Shown here piece by piece: positions 42,645 through 54,537 of a stretch of DNA of 64,000 nucleotides. Position numbers and translations under genes: made by a program. Position 1 is the stretch's first letter. Every line of letters begins with the position of its first letter. Source of the stretch: Eledone cirrhosa (taxonomy: Eukaryota). The notes beneath the pieces were generated by a model that was not told where the DNA came from, made no database searches, and saw only the letters and a program-made list of their open reading frames with translations. The DNA lies in NCBI GenBank assembly GCA_964016885.1, contig OZ024740.1, positions 15,810,001-15,874,000 on the forward strand. The letters are read 5' to 3'.

Positions 42645-43424
42645 AATTTTAGGTAAGCATTGACGAAGCTTTAGTATACGGCCAAGCTAGCGTTTATGCA
42701 TAATCGGTCTGTAGCTTTAGCACTCGGATGAGGTAAGACCCCAGAGTAATAACATGACGTTCAGACAGCTTAGCAAATCAGATATAGCAGTCGGGAATCC
42801 AACCGCATTACCAGAGCAACGAAAATACAGGACACAGGAAAAGATTTTATACTGACCCGGACATAGTGGTGAGGCCGAGTGTAAAATATATAACTTACAT
42901 CGTATATCCACAATATAGATCACAATATCACATCCAACATCAGCGCTAAGTTTCTGCAAATCCAAGATCGACAAATTCCTATTGCAGAAGTCTGCAATAT
43001 AATGGTTTTTGACGATAGAACATAGGATTTACTTCTTCAGCAAGTCTTTCGTTCTTAGCCAAAGCGGGTATGTTGTAACTTTAAAAGTCGCCACAGACAC
43101 GTGGTTTTCTCCAATGGAGGTAACCCCCGCTTAGGCGGTGTATTCTAATTTGAGGTAAAGGAATGAATCCCTTTATACAAACCGAATAAAGCACTCGATT
43201 AGAAGTTATCAAACAAACTTAAACAATTAATCAATCAATAGAATCATCTAATTAAATTAATCAGTTAATCGTTAATTCTAGGAGTAAATATAAATTTTAG
43301 TACAGCATTGACGAAGCTTTAGTATACGGCCAAGCTAGCGTATATGCATAATCGGTCTGTAGCTTTAGCACTCGGATGAGGTAAGACCCCAGAGTAATAA
43401 CATTACGTTCAGACAGCTTAGCAA

Positions 43425-43428
<4 letters not shown>
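42645..43428. mobile_element. Non-coding element with ~135-bp terminal direct repeats (648-bp period) between (TA)n tracts
   Basis: 42645-42780 recurs at 43292-43428 (TGACGAAGCTTTAGTATACGGCC at 42661 and 43309). Confidence 0.8.
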
Positions 43429-43479
<51 letters not shown>

Positions 43480-43621
43480 CCAAAAGTTAAACAAGGTTCA
43501 TTGATTAATCAATGAATATAGTTTTACTATAGATTAGAAGCACTCAACAATAAATCTTTTCTTGGCAGTCAAGACTGGAATTGAACCATCACTACAGTTG
43601 AGGTATGTCATACATCAATTT

Positions 43622-43693
43622 ATATATTTTATCTGATGAGGACGTACTGAGGAAACACCACAGTACCTCCGAAATATATATAATAAAATATAT
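43622..43693 (+). ncRNA. Type I hammerhead ribozyme (family E)
   Basis: ATATATTTTAT-CTGATGA-GGACGTACTG..CAGTACCTCC-GAAA-TATAT ATA^ATAAAATATAT; 11-bp stem I. Confidence 0.85.
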
Positions 43694-43781
43694 TTGATTA
43701 CATGATTGTGTATATTTATTAATATTTTGAATTAATATATATATATATATATATATAATGTATAAAAATCAATACAATATA

Positions 43782-43859
43782 ATTACCTCATTACCAGAGG
43801 TTTTCCGAATGAGGCGAATACGAAAGAAACGTCTTCATTCGTTCGTCAGACGAGGCAAT
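43782..43859 (-). ncRNA. Type I hammerhead ribozyme (family F) just upstream of and antisense to the PLE ORF
   Basis: Minus: ATTGCCTCGT-CTGACGA-ACGAATGA..TCATTCG-GAAAACCTCTG GTA^ATGAGGTAAT; paralog at 49501-49576. Confidence 0.75.
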
Positions 43860-44149
43860 ATAAAAAAACATGGGTAAATACTTGGAAAGTCTCATCAAGA
43901 AAAGCAAAAAAAAAAAAAATATAGACAAATGAATTAGAATATGAAATATATAAAAATCTTTCAAGAAATATAGTTAGGTGTGTGTATATGTATGTATATA
44001 CGCTCACAGATGTGCATATATGTGTATGCACATATGTATACGTATAGTGAAAAAGTGTGCGTAAATATATAATTTAGGGCAAATGTATCTGTGTATCTGT
44101 AATCTACAGACAGAATAGATACATCATAAGAATATGAAGGCCTACACAC

Positions 44150-45799
44150 ACGTACATTCAGATTAATTGCACCATCTAAATCTGACCTGGGCAAACTTAG
44201 CAAAAATATTCTAAACAGGGTAATACAACAAATTAAAAACTTACCAAATTTATCTTACTTAAAATTATGGAAAGGGACAAGTGAGGTTATCGATTGGTTT
44301 AAAGAAATTAAATATAACTATGATAATAAGTTTATTCAGCTGGATATTGCTAACTACTATTCATCTATCACTCCTAATCTACTGAATAAGGCACTAAATT
44401 ACGCATTTAAACATACAGACCTAACTAGAAATGAAATGCACATTATATTATCGGCAAGGAAAACATTGATAGAATTTAATAACCAACTCTGGACTAGGGC
44501 AGATAGAAATAATAATTTCGACATAACTATGGGATCATCAGACTCAGCTCAGGTAACGGACCTTGTGGGCCTATTTATAATTAATTCGCTACATAGAAAA
44601 ATACCAGGTGTAACCGGAGGCTTATATCGTGATGACATGCTTTTACTTATACAAAATAATAGCTGTGAACTAAATAGAAAAAGAAAACAAATTATACAAT
44701 TTTTTAATTACCTTAACCTAAAAGTAGAAATAGAGAATAACCATAAAATAGTCAATTTTCTTGACGTAACACTAAATCTCAACACATGTCTTCATTATCC
44801 ATTTCATAAACTAAATGAGAACTTGAATTATGTTAATTTTAACTCTAATCACCCCAGATCTGTTAAAAATACTATAGTGAACTCTGTTCAAGAAAGAATT
44901 TCAAGAATTTCATCTAATAAAAATATATTTGATGAAAAAGCGCAGTACTACAACGAAGCGTTAGGTAGAGCTGTATATAGAAATGAAATGAAATACATTG
45001 ATAATAATAATAATAGCAAACTAACCAAAATAATAACAATTTTAATTATGGTAACAACTTTAACAACTATAATAGAAAACATTACAATAATTCCAAAAGT
45101 CGAAAAAGAAGTAGAACTAGAAATATATTATGGTTTGCTCCCCCTTTCTCACTAAATATTAAAACCCCTATTGCTAAACTATTCTTTAAAGCTCTTGACA
45201 AACGCTTCCCTAGAACACGTAAATATTACTCAATTTTTAATAGACACACTATAAAATTAACTTACTCGTCCACCAAAAATTTAGCACAAAATATTAATAG
45301 AATTAATAATAAAAATGTAAAACCTAACCAAAATACCAATAATAACCCAAGCAATATTCAATTGAATAACTGTAACTGTAGAAATAAATCTAACTGTCCG
45401 TTAAATAACAACTGCTTAGCTAAAAATGTAGTGTACAATTGTAATGTTAAAACTAATTTAAATTCGTTTAACTATGTTGGTTCTACTTCTACAGAATTTA
45501 AATTTCGCTTCAATAATCATAAAAATTCTTTCACAGATCCAAATAAAAAATCTTCAACTTCGCTATCTAGCCTACTATGGGACCTAAAACGAGATAATGT
45601 TAAATATTCGATGACTTGGAATATTATTTCACAAGCTACTCCTTTTAATTCCTCTTCAGAAAATTGTGATCTTTGTATTAAAGAAATATTCTTTATATTA
45701 AAGTCCAAAAATTCCCTTAATTTAAGGAACAATTTATTCAGTTGCTCCAGACATAGATTGAGCTCAACGTTTAAATATAAATATAAATTTAAAATGTAG
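44150..45799 (+). pseudogene. Penelope-like element ORF (RT plus GIY-YIG), 5'-truncated, frameshift near 45030
   Basis: FDITMGSSDSAQVTDLVG, GGLYRDD, VNFLDVTL, YVNFNSNHP (PLE RT); CNC..CPL..CL, VVYNC..YVGST..FKFRFNNH..SF, CDLCIKE (GIY-YIG). Confidence 0.93.
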
Positions 45800-46875
45800 T
45801 ATAATTAATTAAGTAATTTAGTTAATATATGAAACCTGTCGATAAATCATTAGATTCCTTCACCTTTTTCTTTTTAAACTTTCTTCCTAAATATAAACAT
45901 AGATATAATAAACTACTCTAAAATGTCTATACTTCCAATGTCTTAAATAAAATATACGTAAGATAAATTTCTATACTAAATATAAGGATATCTGTAGAAT
46001 CCTTCGTTTTTTAAATCTTTAAAATTTTTGAATTTTTAAAATTTTTTAAATTCTTTTTGAAATTTTTTGAAATTTTTAGATCTTTAAATTTTTAAATTTT
46101 TAAATTATATTGATATAATATTTATTTAAATTTTATTTTATTTTATTTTATTTTTATTTATTTTTAATAGTTTTGCTTTGATTCTGATAGCTTCTCATAA
46201 TTCTCATAAGTCTACCCTTTCAATATCTTGATTGAAATATAAGTAGGATAATTTTCTATACTAAATATATGAAACATATTATTTTAACTTAAGATACTCT
46301 ATAGTGTTTTAAAGATATTTAATGCTTTGACATTTCTAGAATTCGTTTGTCCTTTTGACTATATTGATATAGTTGTATTTCCAAAATATAATCCTTTGGT
46401 ATTTTAAATTTATATTGGTATAATTATATTTCCAAAGTATAATCCTTAGTAATATATTGATATTTGATTATCTCTATACAAAAGTATACGTGTGTATTAA
46501 CATGCATATAAAAGTGTTATAGGTTTTTTATGATTGTATATATGTCTGTATGTATACATGAGCGATGCCTGATGACGCACGCAGATATTTATTTATACAT
46601 ATATAGGTGTATATATATATATGTGTGTGTATGTATATGTGTGGGTAAAAGTTATGTTGCATAACCACGCAGTTTGGATTGCAGAAATGTTAAATGCATG
46701 AATGGTAATCATATATATGAAGTCATGAATGTTAATCGTATATATTTATGTGTATATATACTGTGAACTTTTTATAACACAAGGAATATATAGCAGTGAT
46801 TAAGAGAAATCGTCTACGCTTTATATGTCTATATTGTTGACTTGAGTAAATATAATTTCTATTTTCAGGACGTGC

Positions 46876-46950
<75 letters not shown>

Positions 46951-47557
46951 GTGTCTTTGCCTGAGATACTGACCTCTCTAGCAATGTGTACATTTTGGAG
47001 ATTAAACCCAAACTTTGGTATATTGATCTCAAGGTTTAAACTAAACATATAGTCATTATTAAACAATATTTAATTTCTTATATTATATATCTATGTCCCA
47101 TTCATGAATATTAATATTTATATTTTTATTATTCATTTCATATGAATTGTTAACTCAATTTAACATGACATGACGTAAAGTTTTCATAATCTCCCTCTCT
47201 CTATATATAACATTTCTCTCTCTTGAGTTTTTCTATCTGTCTGTTGACTTAATATCTCTCTGTTGCTTTCCTCTGTTTTTCTTATTTCTTCCTTTTTTCT
47301 TCTTTCTTCCTTTCCTCCTGTCTTTACTTATCTCTTTCTTTTTTTCTCCATGCATCTCTCTCTCTCTCTCCGATATTTCTCCACGTTTTTTCTTTCTTTC
47401 CGTCTTTTTTCTTTCTCTCCGTCTTTTTCTAATTGTCCTTAACACTATGACTTATTAAAGTAATATAAACAAATCACTATCCGGATGACTTCCAAAAACA
47501 ATGGTTGCATTTTAATAGGGTACGTCAAAGCTTATTTGTAAAACTGTTATATATTGT

Positions 47558-47621
47558 ATTTTGTCTGATGAAGGCATACCATAATTTAATTTGGTATCCC
47601 TGAAATATGTATAATGAAATA
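47558..47621 (+). ncRNA. Type I hammerhead ribozyme (family E-like)
   Basis: ATTTTGT-CTGATGA-AGGCATACCA..TGGTATCCCT-GAAA-TATGT ATA^ATGAAAT. Confidence 0.75.
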
Positions 47622-48145
47622 AATATGGTTTTATAAATATAGTTTCCATTTATTAATATCGTATATCTACTCGAAATACTTGTCGAGTGCTTTATATCAG
47701 TTATAAAAAATATTTACTTGTTGTATCCCAACAATTTTAAATAGAACTTTTGCATATATATATATATATATATATATATTGGTAAACGGAATAGAAAATG
47801 CTGACAAATTGTTCACAGTTGAAAAATGGTTTAATTAGGAATAAAAGAGTATTAGTGATTGTATGGGTTAGTATTCAGTTATGGTTTTAAGTTTTTAAGT
47901 TTTTACCGGTTGCGCATTTCTAAATGCTTTTCAAAAATAATTTTGAGATAGAGTGTCCGTGTTGTTTGCTCTGATCTGATTAGTTTTGGGAATTCTACCT
48001 GTTTTTATGTTAAAAAAGTGGCTTCAGCGTTACTTTGGTGTTGCAAAAATTCTTGTGGTCAAAACAATTTTGATTGGTCGGTAGAGGTCATGTGAATAAA
48101 AAATTGGTTTTGCGTCAAGATTGAGAAATGACTCTTTCACAACAA

Positions 48146-48256
<111 letters not shown>

Positions 48257-48451
48257 AGGTGTTCGATGTTGTGATAATGGTTAGCAGGGATGTGTGTCAA
48301 ATGGCTATTAAGAAAAGTGTGTGTGTGTGTGTGTGTGTGTAGCAGAGTAATTCGTGGTAGCAGGGATGGTCAGTAAGAATGTGTCTGAAAGCAATGGGGG
48401 GTATTTTAGCATGTCAAAAGATATTTTTCAGCTTTTGTCTTATACGGAGAA

Positions 48452-48490
<39 letters not shown>

Positions 48491-48532
48491 AGTCTCTTTG
48501 TATGTTAATGTACGCGTGTGTATGTGTGTGTG

Positions 48533-48571
<39 letters not shown>

Positions 48572-49113
48572 ACCAGTATTTTTCCCCCTGGTAAAATGGT
48601 GTACATTATTCGATTTTTTCAGTAAAATCGGTTCTCTTAATAGAACATCAAAAATCTTAACAATAAAAGGTGTGAAATGATATTCACTATATATATATAT
48701 ACACATACATATATTCACTATATATATATATACATACATATATACACATATATACACACATATATATATACATACATATATACACATATATACACACATA
48801 TATATACATACACATATATTGTTTTGTGTTGCACCATAGAGCATGTGTGTTTACGTATGTCATTGTGTTTATATGTGGGTAGAGATGTGTGCTGATGTAG
48901 GTATGTATGTTGACGTGTGTATGTTGTGGGTTCGTCTTAGGGAGAAGTGTTTAGACGGGGTCCGTATTTGTTAATGAAGTAAGATTCCTTGCTGATGCGC
49001 TGGGTGTGGGTGGCATTATCTTTAAATTTGTAGAGGGGAAAGATAATACCACAATTTCAAACTGCTAGCCTCGAGTGATACGTTGATGTAAATAATGATC
49101 TTACAATCACATG

Positions 49114-49169
49114 TTATATGCCTTGAAAAGTTCCACCATGTGGGCGGACGAAACGGCTGTCGGCAATAA
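49114..49169 (+). ncRNA. Type I hammerhead ribozyme, U3:A8 compensatory variant (family G)
   Basis: TGCC-TTGAAAA-GTTCCACCATGTGGGCGGAC-GAAAC GGCT GTC^GGCA; stem I TGCC/GGCA. Confidence 0.75.
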
Positions 49170-49318
49170 ACTTGTTATAACGTCATAATAGTTCCTTTGT
49201 TCTTTATCACTAATATTTCTGCTCTGCGTATACGCATAGAGCTTAACTAGCTACCGTCACATATTTGGTAGGTCAGACGTGATCATCGCGATTCACATAC
49301 GACCTACCATACATCTTA

Positions 49319-49400
<82 letters not shown>

Positions 49401-49477
49401 TATTGAAGTCTCCGTTGAAAATTAAAAATGTCATAGGAGTGAAGAGTGCTCTATGTAAGTACCAGAGCTAAATTTAA

Positions 49478-49830
49478 TGTATAATAAACAATACAATATA
49501 ATTACCTCATTACCAGAGGTTTCCCGAATAAGACGAATACAAAAAACGTCCTTATTCATTCGTCAGACAAGGCAATTTAAAACATAGTGAAATATTTGAA
49601 AAGTCTCCTCAAGAAAGGCAAAAGTTTAACGGGTAAATAAATATATAAATAAAAGTAATGCAAGAGATATATAAAAATAAAATAAGGAAATATAGGTAGG
49701 GTATATGTATAAATGTGTGTATATTCACTCACAAATGTACATATGTGTGTATGTACAAATGCATCTGTATAGTGAAAAATGTGTGCGTAAGCACATATGT
49801 GAGGGCAAGCATATCAGTGTATGTGTGACC
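49478..49830 (-). mobile_element. PLE pseudo-LTR, family F, with intact HHR at 49501-49576; paralog of 43757-44100
   Basis: Minus: ATTGCCTTGT-CTGACGA-ATGAATAAGGACG..CGTCTTATTCGG-GAAAC CTCTG GTA^ATGAGGTAAT. Confidence 0.8.
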
Positions 49831-50577
49831 ACAAATACGTATATAATATATGTTGAAAAAGAAATGGTAACGGACATCCAGATTCAGGTATTAAGGATTG
49901 AAATATATACAGATACAGGCATGAAAGCACGCGTATAAACACACGCGCGACCACACACATGCGAGTGATATATACAGGGAAGGGAGTGTATCAGTCAAAG
50001 CAGTGTCAGGCTGAGGCTCGATACATATATAAGAATAAACATTTTTTTTTTAAATCAAAGAGAAAGTAAGAGGGAGGTGTTATCAATTATAAAGTAACAC
50101 TAGAGAAAATAGAAAACAAACGTTGGTTCGTACGTACACATATATATAAAAATATATATATAAATACGTACAGACAAAAGCATATACATACGTACATACA
50201 TACAAAGGCGCGCATACATACACACGAAGCACATATATATATATATATAGGCACATGTATATCTAATCACACGCACGTACGTGACTATATATATATATAC
50301 ATATAGACACATACACATACATATATATACATATACATACATATGCATATACATGCGCCCATGCAAACACACACGTATATATAAGTATGTAAAAAACATA
50401 GATATAAAATATAAAAACACACATATACACACACGCGCACATACGAATGCGTTCGTATACATATACAAACACGCATACACACACATGCACACTCACGCGC
50501 ATAGATACAAATTAAAAACCAGCCGTATGAATAAATGAGTACAAATTATACATACATAAAAGCGGCTGAGAGACAAC

Positions 50578-50634
<57 letters not shown>

Positions 50635-50782
50635 GAAGTTGGAAATAGCACGGAAAATATATTTACGGGTCTGGTTTGAGGGGGGGGGATTCCTTTCTTT
50701 GATTCGTCAAAGTGACATTATTGAAAAAATGAGAGGGACAATTCTTTTTAAAAAAAGTTTTATAAAGTATATAAAGTATATA

Positions 50783-50832
50783 AAATATTACCGGTTTCGA
50801 TGTATTATTAAAATTCATCTTATCAAATGTTG
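50783..50832 (-). ncRNA. Minimal HHR, U3:A8 variant (family D)
   Basis: Minus: AACAT-TTGATAA-GATG..CATC-GAAAC CG GTA^ATATT, within repeat 50633-51020 homologous to 30540-30900. Confidence 0.5.
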
Positions 50833-51264
50833 AGTATTGAAATAAAAAATTGAAAAGAATTAATAAAGAATTAATAAAAATTAAAGATTTAAAATTAAAA
50901 TCAAATGTTGGGGTAAGTTTTCTTCCATCTTTCTTGCTCAAAATTTTGCTGGAGAATGAGTTCTTGTTAATAGAGAGGTGGTAGTGAAGATAGCAGCAGC
51001 TATGTTTCTTCACAGAACAAAGTTGTTTTTTTTTGGGGGGGGGGGGGCAAAGGAAACCTCCTGTAAATATATGTGTGTATATCTGATTGTGTTAATTGAC
51101 TGGTCAAAAGTTCAAAAGGGAATTGTAAACTAGAGGTAAATTCTATGGCAGTAGCAGAAATTTAAAGAGAAATTTTATTATTGGAATATGGTTTTAAGGA
51201 GTGTGTGTATATGTATATATATAGTGTGTTAGGGTGTATATATAACAATACACACACGAGTGTG

Positions 51265-51347
<83 letters not shown>

Positions 51348-51967
51348 CAGCCTCTCTGTCACATATATATTAGCGGGCTGGGTCTAAAAATATAGGTTGC
51401 CAGGAGACAAGGGGACCACTCACAACTACAATACTATCATTTAATTTTTATATCGAATAAATAAAATTTACAAAAAAATAAAATTGTAAAGTGAGAATAC
51501 GGATTATAGAATATATTAAGAATCTCTTACCTTCTCCAATAAAACATCTTGTGAAATATACACATCCACAAAATAACAGTAATGCACTTTGATCTTTCAT
51601 ACTCAATATATATATCTATAACTTGATCTATTTTCTCTTCGGTTACTTTACATACTTTACATACATGCCATTGTCCTGTGTTCCCCATTCTATCGGTATG
51701 TTTACTTCGTTTTTTTCCTTTTTTCTTCTTCCCTTTTTCTTTCTTCCTCTCTCTTCACTATCAGTTCTTTCCCTCGTGGCCTTTTGATAGATAAAAGGCC
51801 ATGGGCGTGCTACGGATCGATGTTCTGTTTTAAGCGCCGAAACATCTAAGATCCGTAGTAAACAGCTGACGAAGGGAAACTTTTTCTTCTCTTGTTTCTG
51901 TCCTGATTTCCTTCTAACACTTCGTCGTTTTCAGTAACCACACAGCCTCGCCTCCTAACCCATATTT

Positions 51968-52015
<48 letters not shown>

Positions 52016-52024
52016 TGTTCAAGA

Positions 52025-53078
52025 GTAACCAATCTTAAAGAGAGAGATAGAGATAGTAGAGGAGATATGAGAGGAGAGATTGGTGAGTTAGCTAGAAGCC
52101 AAAGCGTAAAGGCATGTGCTCAATGTGCAATATGCAGTAGAAAGCAGCTAGGTGGCTGGGTTCATGCAGAAGTTAGGTGCGCAGAGCTGGAAATATTCAT
52201 TAGTTAAGCAAAACAAGACCACAAACTTCACAAGGAAGACATTATTAAAAGATTGTCAACATATTTTAGTTTGATGTAAGGAATGTAGAGAATAATAATA
52301 ATAATAATAATATTAATAATAATAATGTCCGTTTACAATTGTTTCGCTACTCCATATAATATTTCTGGATCAGATGACTATATATCATAATTGATCTGGT
52401 TCAGTTGAAAATAATTAACATATTTAAAAAAACAGAGTGGCTCATCGGAACTCAACGGAATATAAATTAAAATAATGTTACATAATATAATGTTCCATAT
52501 ATTGGTTTTTACTATGGTGTCTTGGTTGCATCAGCTGTCATCCATAATCAAGCAGTATTCATCTGTCGAGGCTGCATTGTGTGAGATCTGCCTATGGGTA
52601 ACAAGATGGCTGCCAAAGGGCATATTTACCTTACTAATTAGAGGGTGGTTTCAGGGGAAGTAACTTCTCGAGAGATTAGAGATTGTGTTATTTTATAGTT
52701 AAGTGCTAGTATTTAAATTATTTAATTGAGAGACAATGTAGGGGAGGTAACTTATAATTATCGAGTTGTTCATAGCAATTTAACTTATTAGCTACAATTA
52801 GAGATGGGGCTACATGACTAAGTTGGGTCAAAAACTCTATTGGCGAAGGAATTAGTCCTTCGATGTTGACAGCTAATGGTTACCTCCGTTCTATCGTTAA
52901 TTGGTAGAGGTCGTGATAGAGTTGAAACAATTGTAAACGGACATTATTATTATTAATATTATTATTATTATTATTATTATTCTCTACATTCCTTACATCA
53001 AACTAAAATATGTTGACAATCTTTTAATAATGTCTTCCTTGTGAAGTGTGTGGTCTTGTTTTGCTTAACTAATGAATA
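52025..53078. mobile_element. Fold-back PLE-terminus element, family C (long copy)
   Basis: Arms ~52195-52345 / ~52925-53078; same termini as 29800-30410; HHR-like motif on minus strand 52328-52460. Confidence 0.8.
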
Positions 53079-53137
<59 letters not shown>

Positions 53138-53200
53138 GAAAAAGAACGAACAAAACGCAGGAGGCAATCCTACACAGTTTCACGTGTAGGAGTGGGGGAG

Positions 53201-53240
53201 GCTTCAGCGTTTCGGACAGAAGTCCTTCATCAGGAAAGTT
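53201..53240 (-). ncRNA. Minimal HHR core, cleavage triplet apparently degenerate (family H)
   Basis: Minus: CTTTC-CTGATGA-AGGAC TTCT GTCC-GAAAC GCT GAAG. Confidence 0.55.
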
Positions 53241-53523
53241 CGGATAGGGGGGAAACGGAAACTCCGAGGAGTAAGGGGTTTAGGGAGGGAATTTAAAAGT
53301 AAAAAATAGAAAATGGATAAATAGAAAGTAAAAATAAAAATAAAAGGGATAGGGGGTGTAGTTGAAGGCTGAGGGCTAGGGTGGTGGGTAGAGGGTGGCA
53401 TGGGTGGATTAGTATGGGGGTTTGAAGGGGAGAGGATAGAGGAGGGATGTAAAAGTACTCAGAGTCCAGGAAGAGACGGCCAAGGCTTAAGTGTGTGTTT
53501 GTGTAGATGTAAGTGTATGTGTA

Positions 53524-53661
53524 AGAGTTACGGCCCTTTATGGTCTGAGTTCAAATCCAGTCGAGGTTAACGTTGCCGTTCATCCTTACGGGGTCGATAA
53601 AATAAAGTACCAGTAATGTACTGGGTAATTGCTGGCCTTGTGCCAAAAGTAGAAACAATTA
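53524..53661 (+). mobile_element. 5'-truncated tRNA-derived SINE (short-tail family)
   Basis: B box GAGTTCAAATCC, core and tail matching 63311-63495. Confidence 0.88.
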
Positions 53662-53842
53662 TAAATAGTAATCTTTGGTATCTCTGTGGACTTACCAACT
53701 TTACAGTTACCTATGAATTTAAATATTTTACATCGTTGGATACTGGGTTCGCTTATTCTGTCAATTATTAAAGACTAATATTTACTTTTATATATTTTAT
53801 TTATTTCATGTTTATTTCTACAAATAAATAATTCTCTCTCTC

Positions 53843-53912
<70 letters not shown>

Positions 53913-53978
53913 GCCTCACTTTCATATAGATTAAATTTTTGTTTTTAAAGTCCACTGTCAATAAATACACAATGATTT

Positions 53979-54039
53979 TTTCATTCTGATGACTGAAAGC
54001 AAATTTTGTTTGCTTTCAAGAAACCACTGGTAAATGAAA
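53979..54039 (+). ncRNA. Type I hammerhead ribozyme (family I)
   Basis: TTTCATT-CTGATGA-CTGAAAGCAAA TTTTG TTTGCTTTCAA-GAAAC CACTG GTA^AATGAAA; 7-bp stem I, 10-bp stem II. Confidence 0.88.
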
Positions 54040-54248
54040 TAATTATCTTATGTTGTTTATTACATACCTAATAAACTCTGTAACCTACATAGAAGACTCT
54101 TTTTTCCTGGACCTTTCCGACGGAATTACTTCATTTATATATATAATAGTAGAACACTGGAGTGGTTATATCCATAGTAGTAGGGCACTCAGTCCATGGG
54201 TCGAGTTTGGTAGAAATATTTACACAGCAGTTAGTTCACCATAGTCAG

Positions 54249-54291
54249 ACCGAGCTGAAGATCCTATCAAGGTGAAACATTTGTTCTCGGT
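54249..54291 (+). ncRNA. Type I minimal hammerhead ribozyme (family J) capping a longer hairpin (~54223-54311)
   Basis: ACCGAG-CTGAAGA-TCC TATCAA GGT-GAAAC ATTT GTT^CTCGGT; outer arms CACAGCAGTTAGTTCACCATA / TATGGTGAATTAACTGTTGTG; left arm also at 26673-26694. Confidence 0.82.
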
Positions 54292-54537
54292 ATGGTGAAT
54301 TAACTGTTGTGGAACTACTTCTATCTATCTCCGGATGGTATAGACGTTCTTCACATCGGCTCCTCAAGTATTGGAGATATTACGTGTTAACAGTAAGTGT
54401 TTGTCTGTATTCTTGCGTTATTGTGTTAATTAACCCCCTTGCCTGGGTCTTCGGACATTAGGGTTAATTTATTTCACCCCTTTTGGGGTGAAATTTTTCA
54501 TCCTAAAAATCTTGTAATTGTCTCTACGCTAGTGGTA

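Noticed and set aside
46566-46700. ATGC-CTGATGA..GAAA..GCAT downstream of the PLE ORF
   Set aside because: Position fits a pseudo-LTR HHR, but stem II is interrupted by low-complexity sequence and no clean NUH/stem III can be assigned
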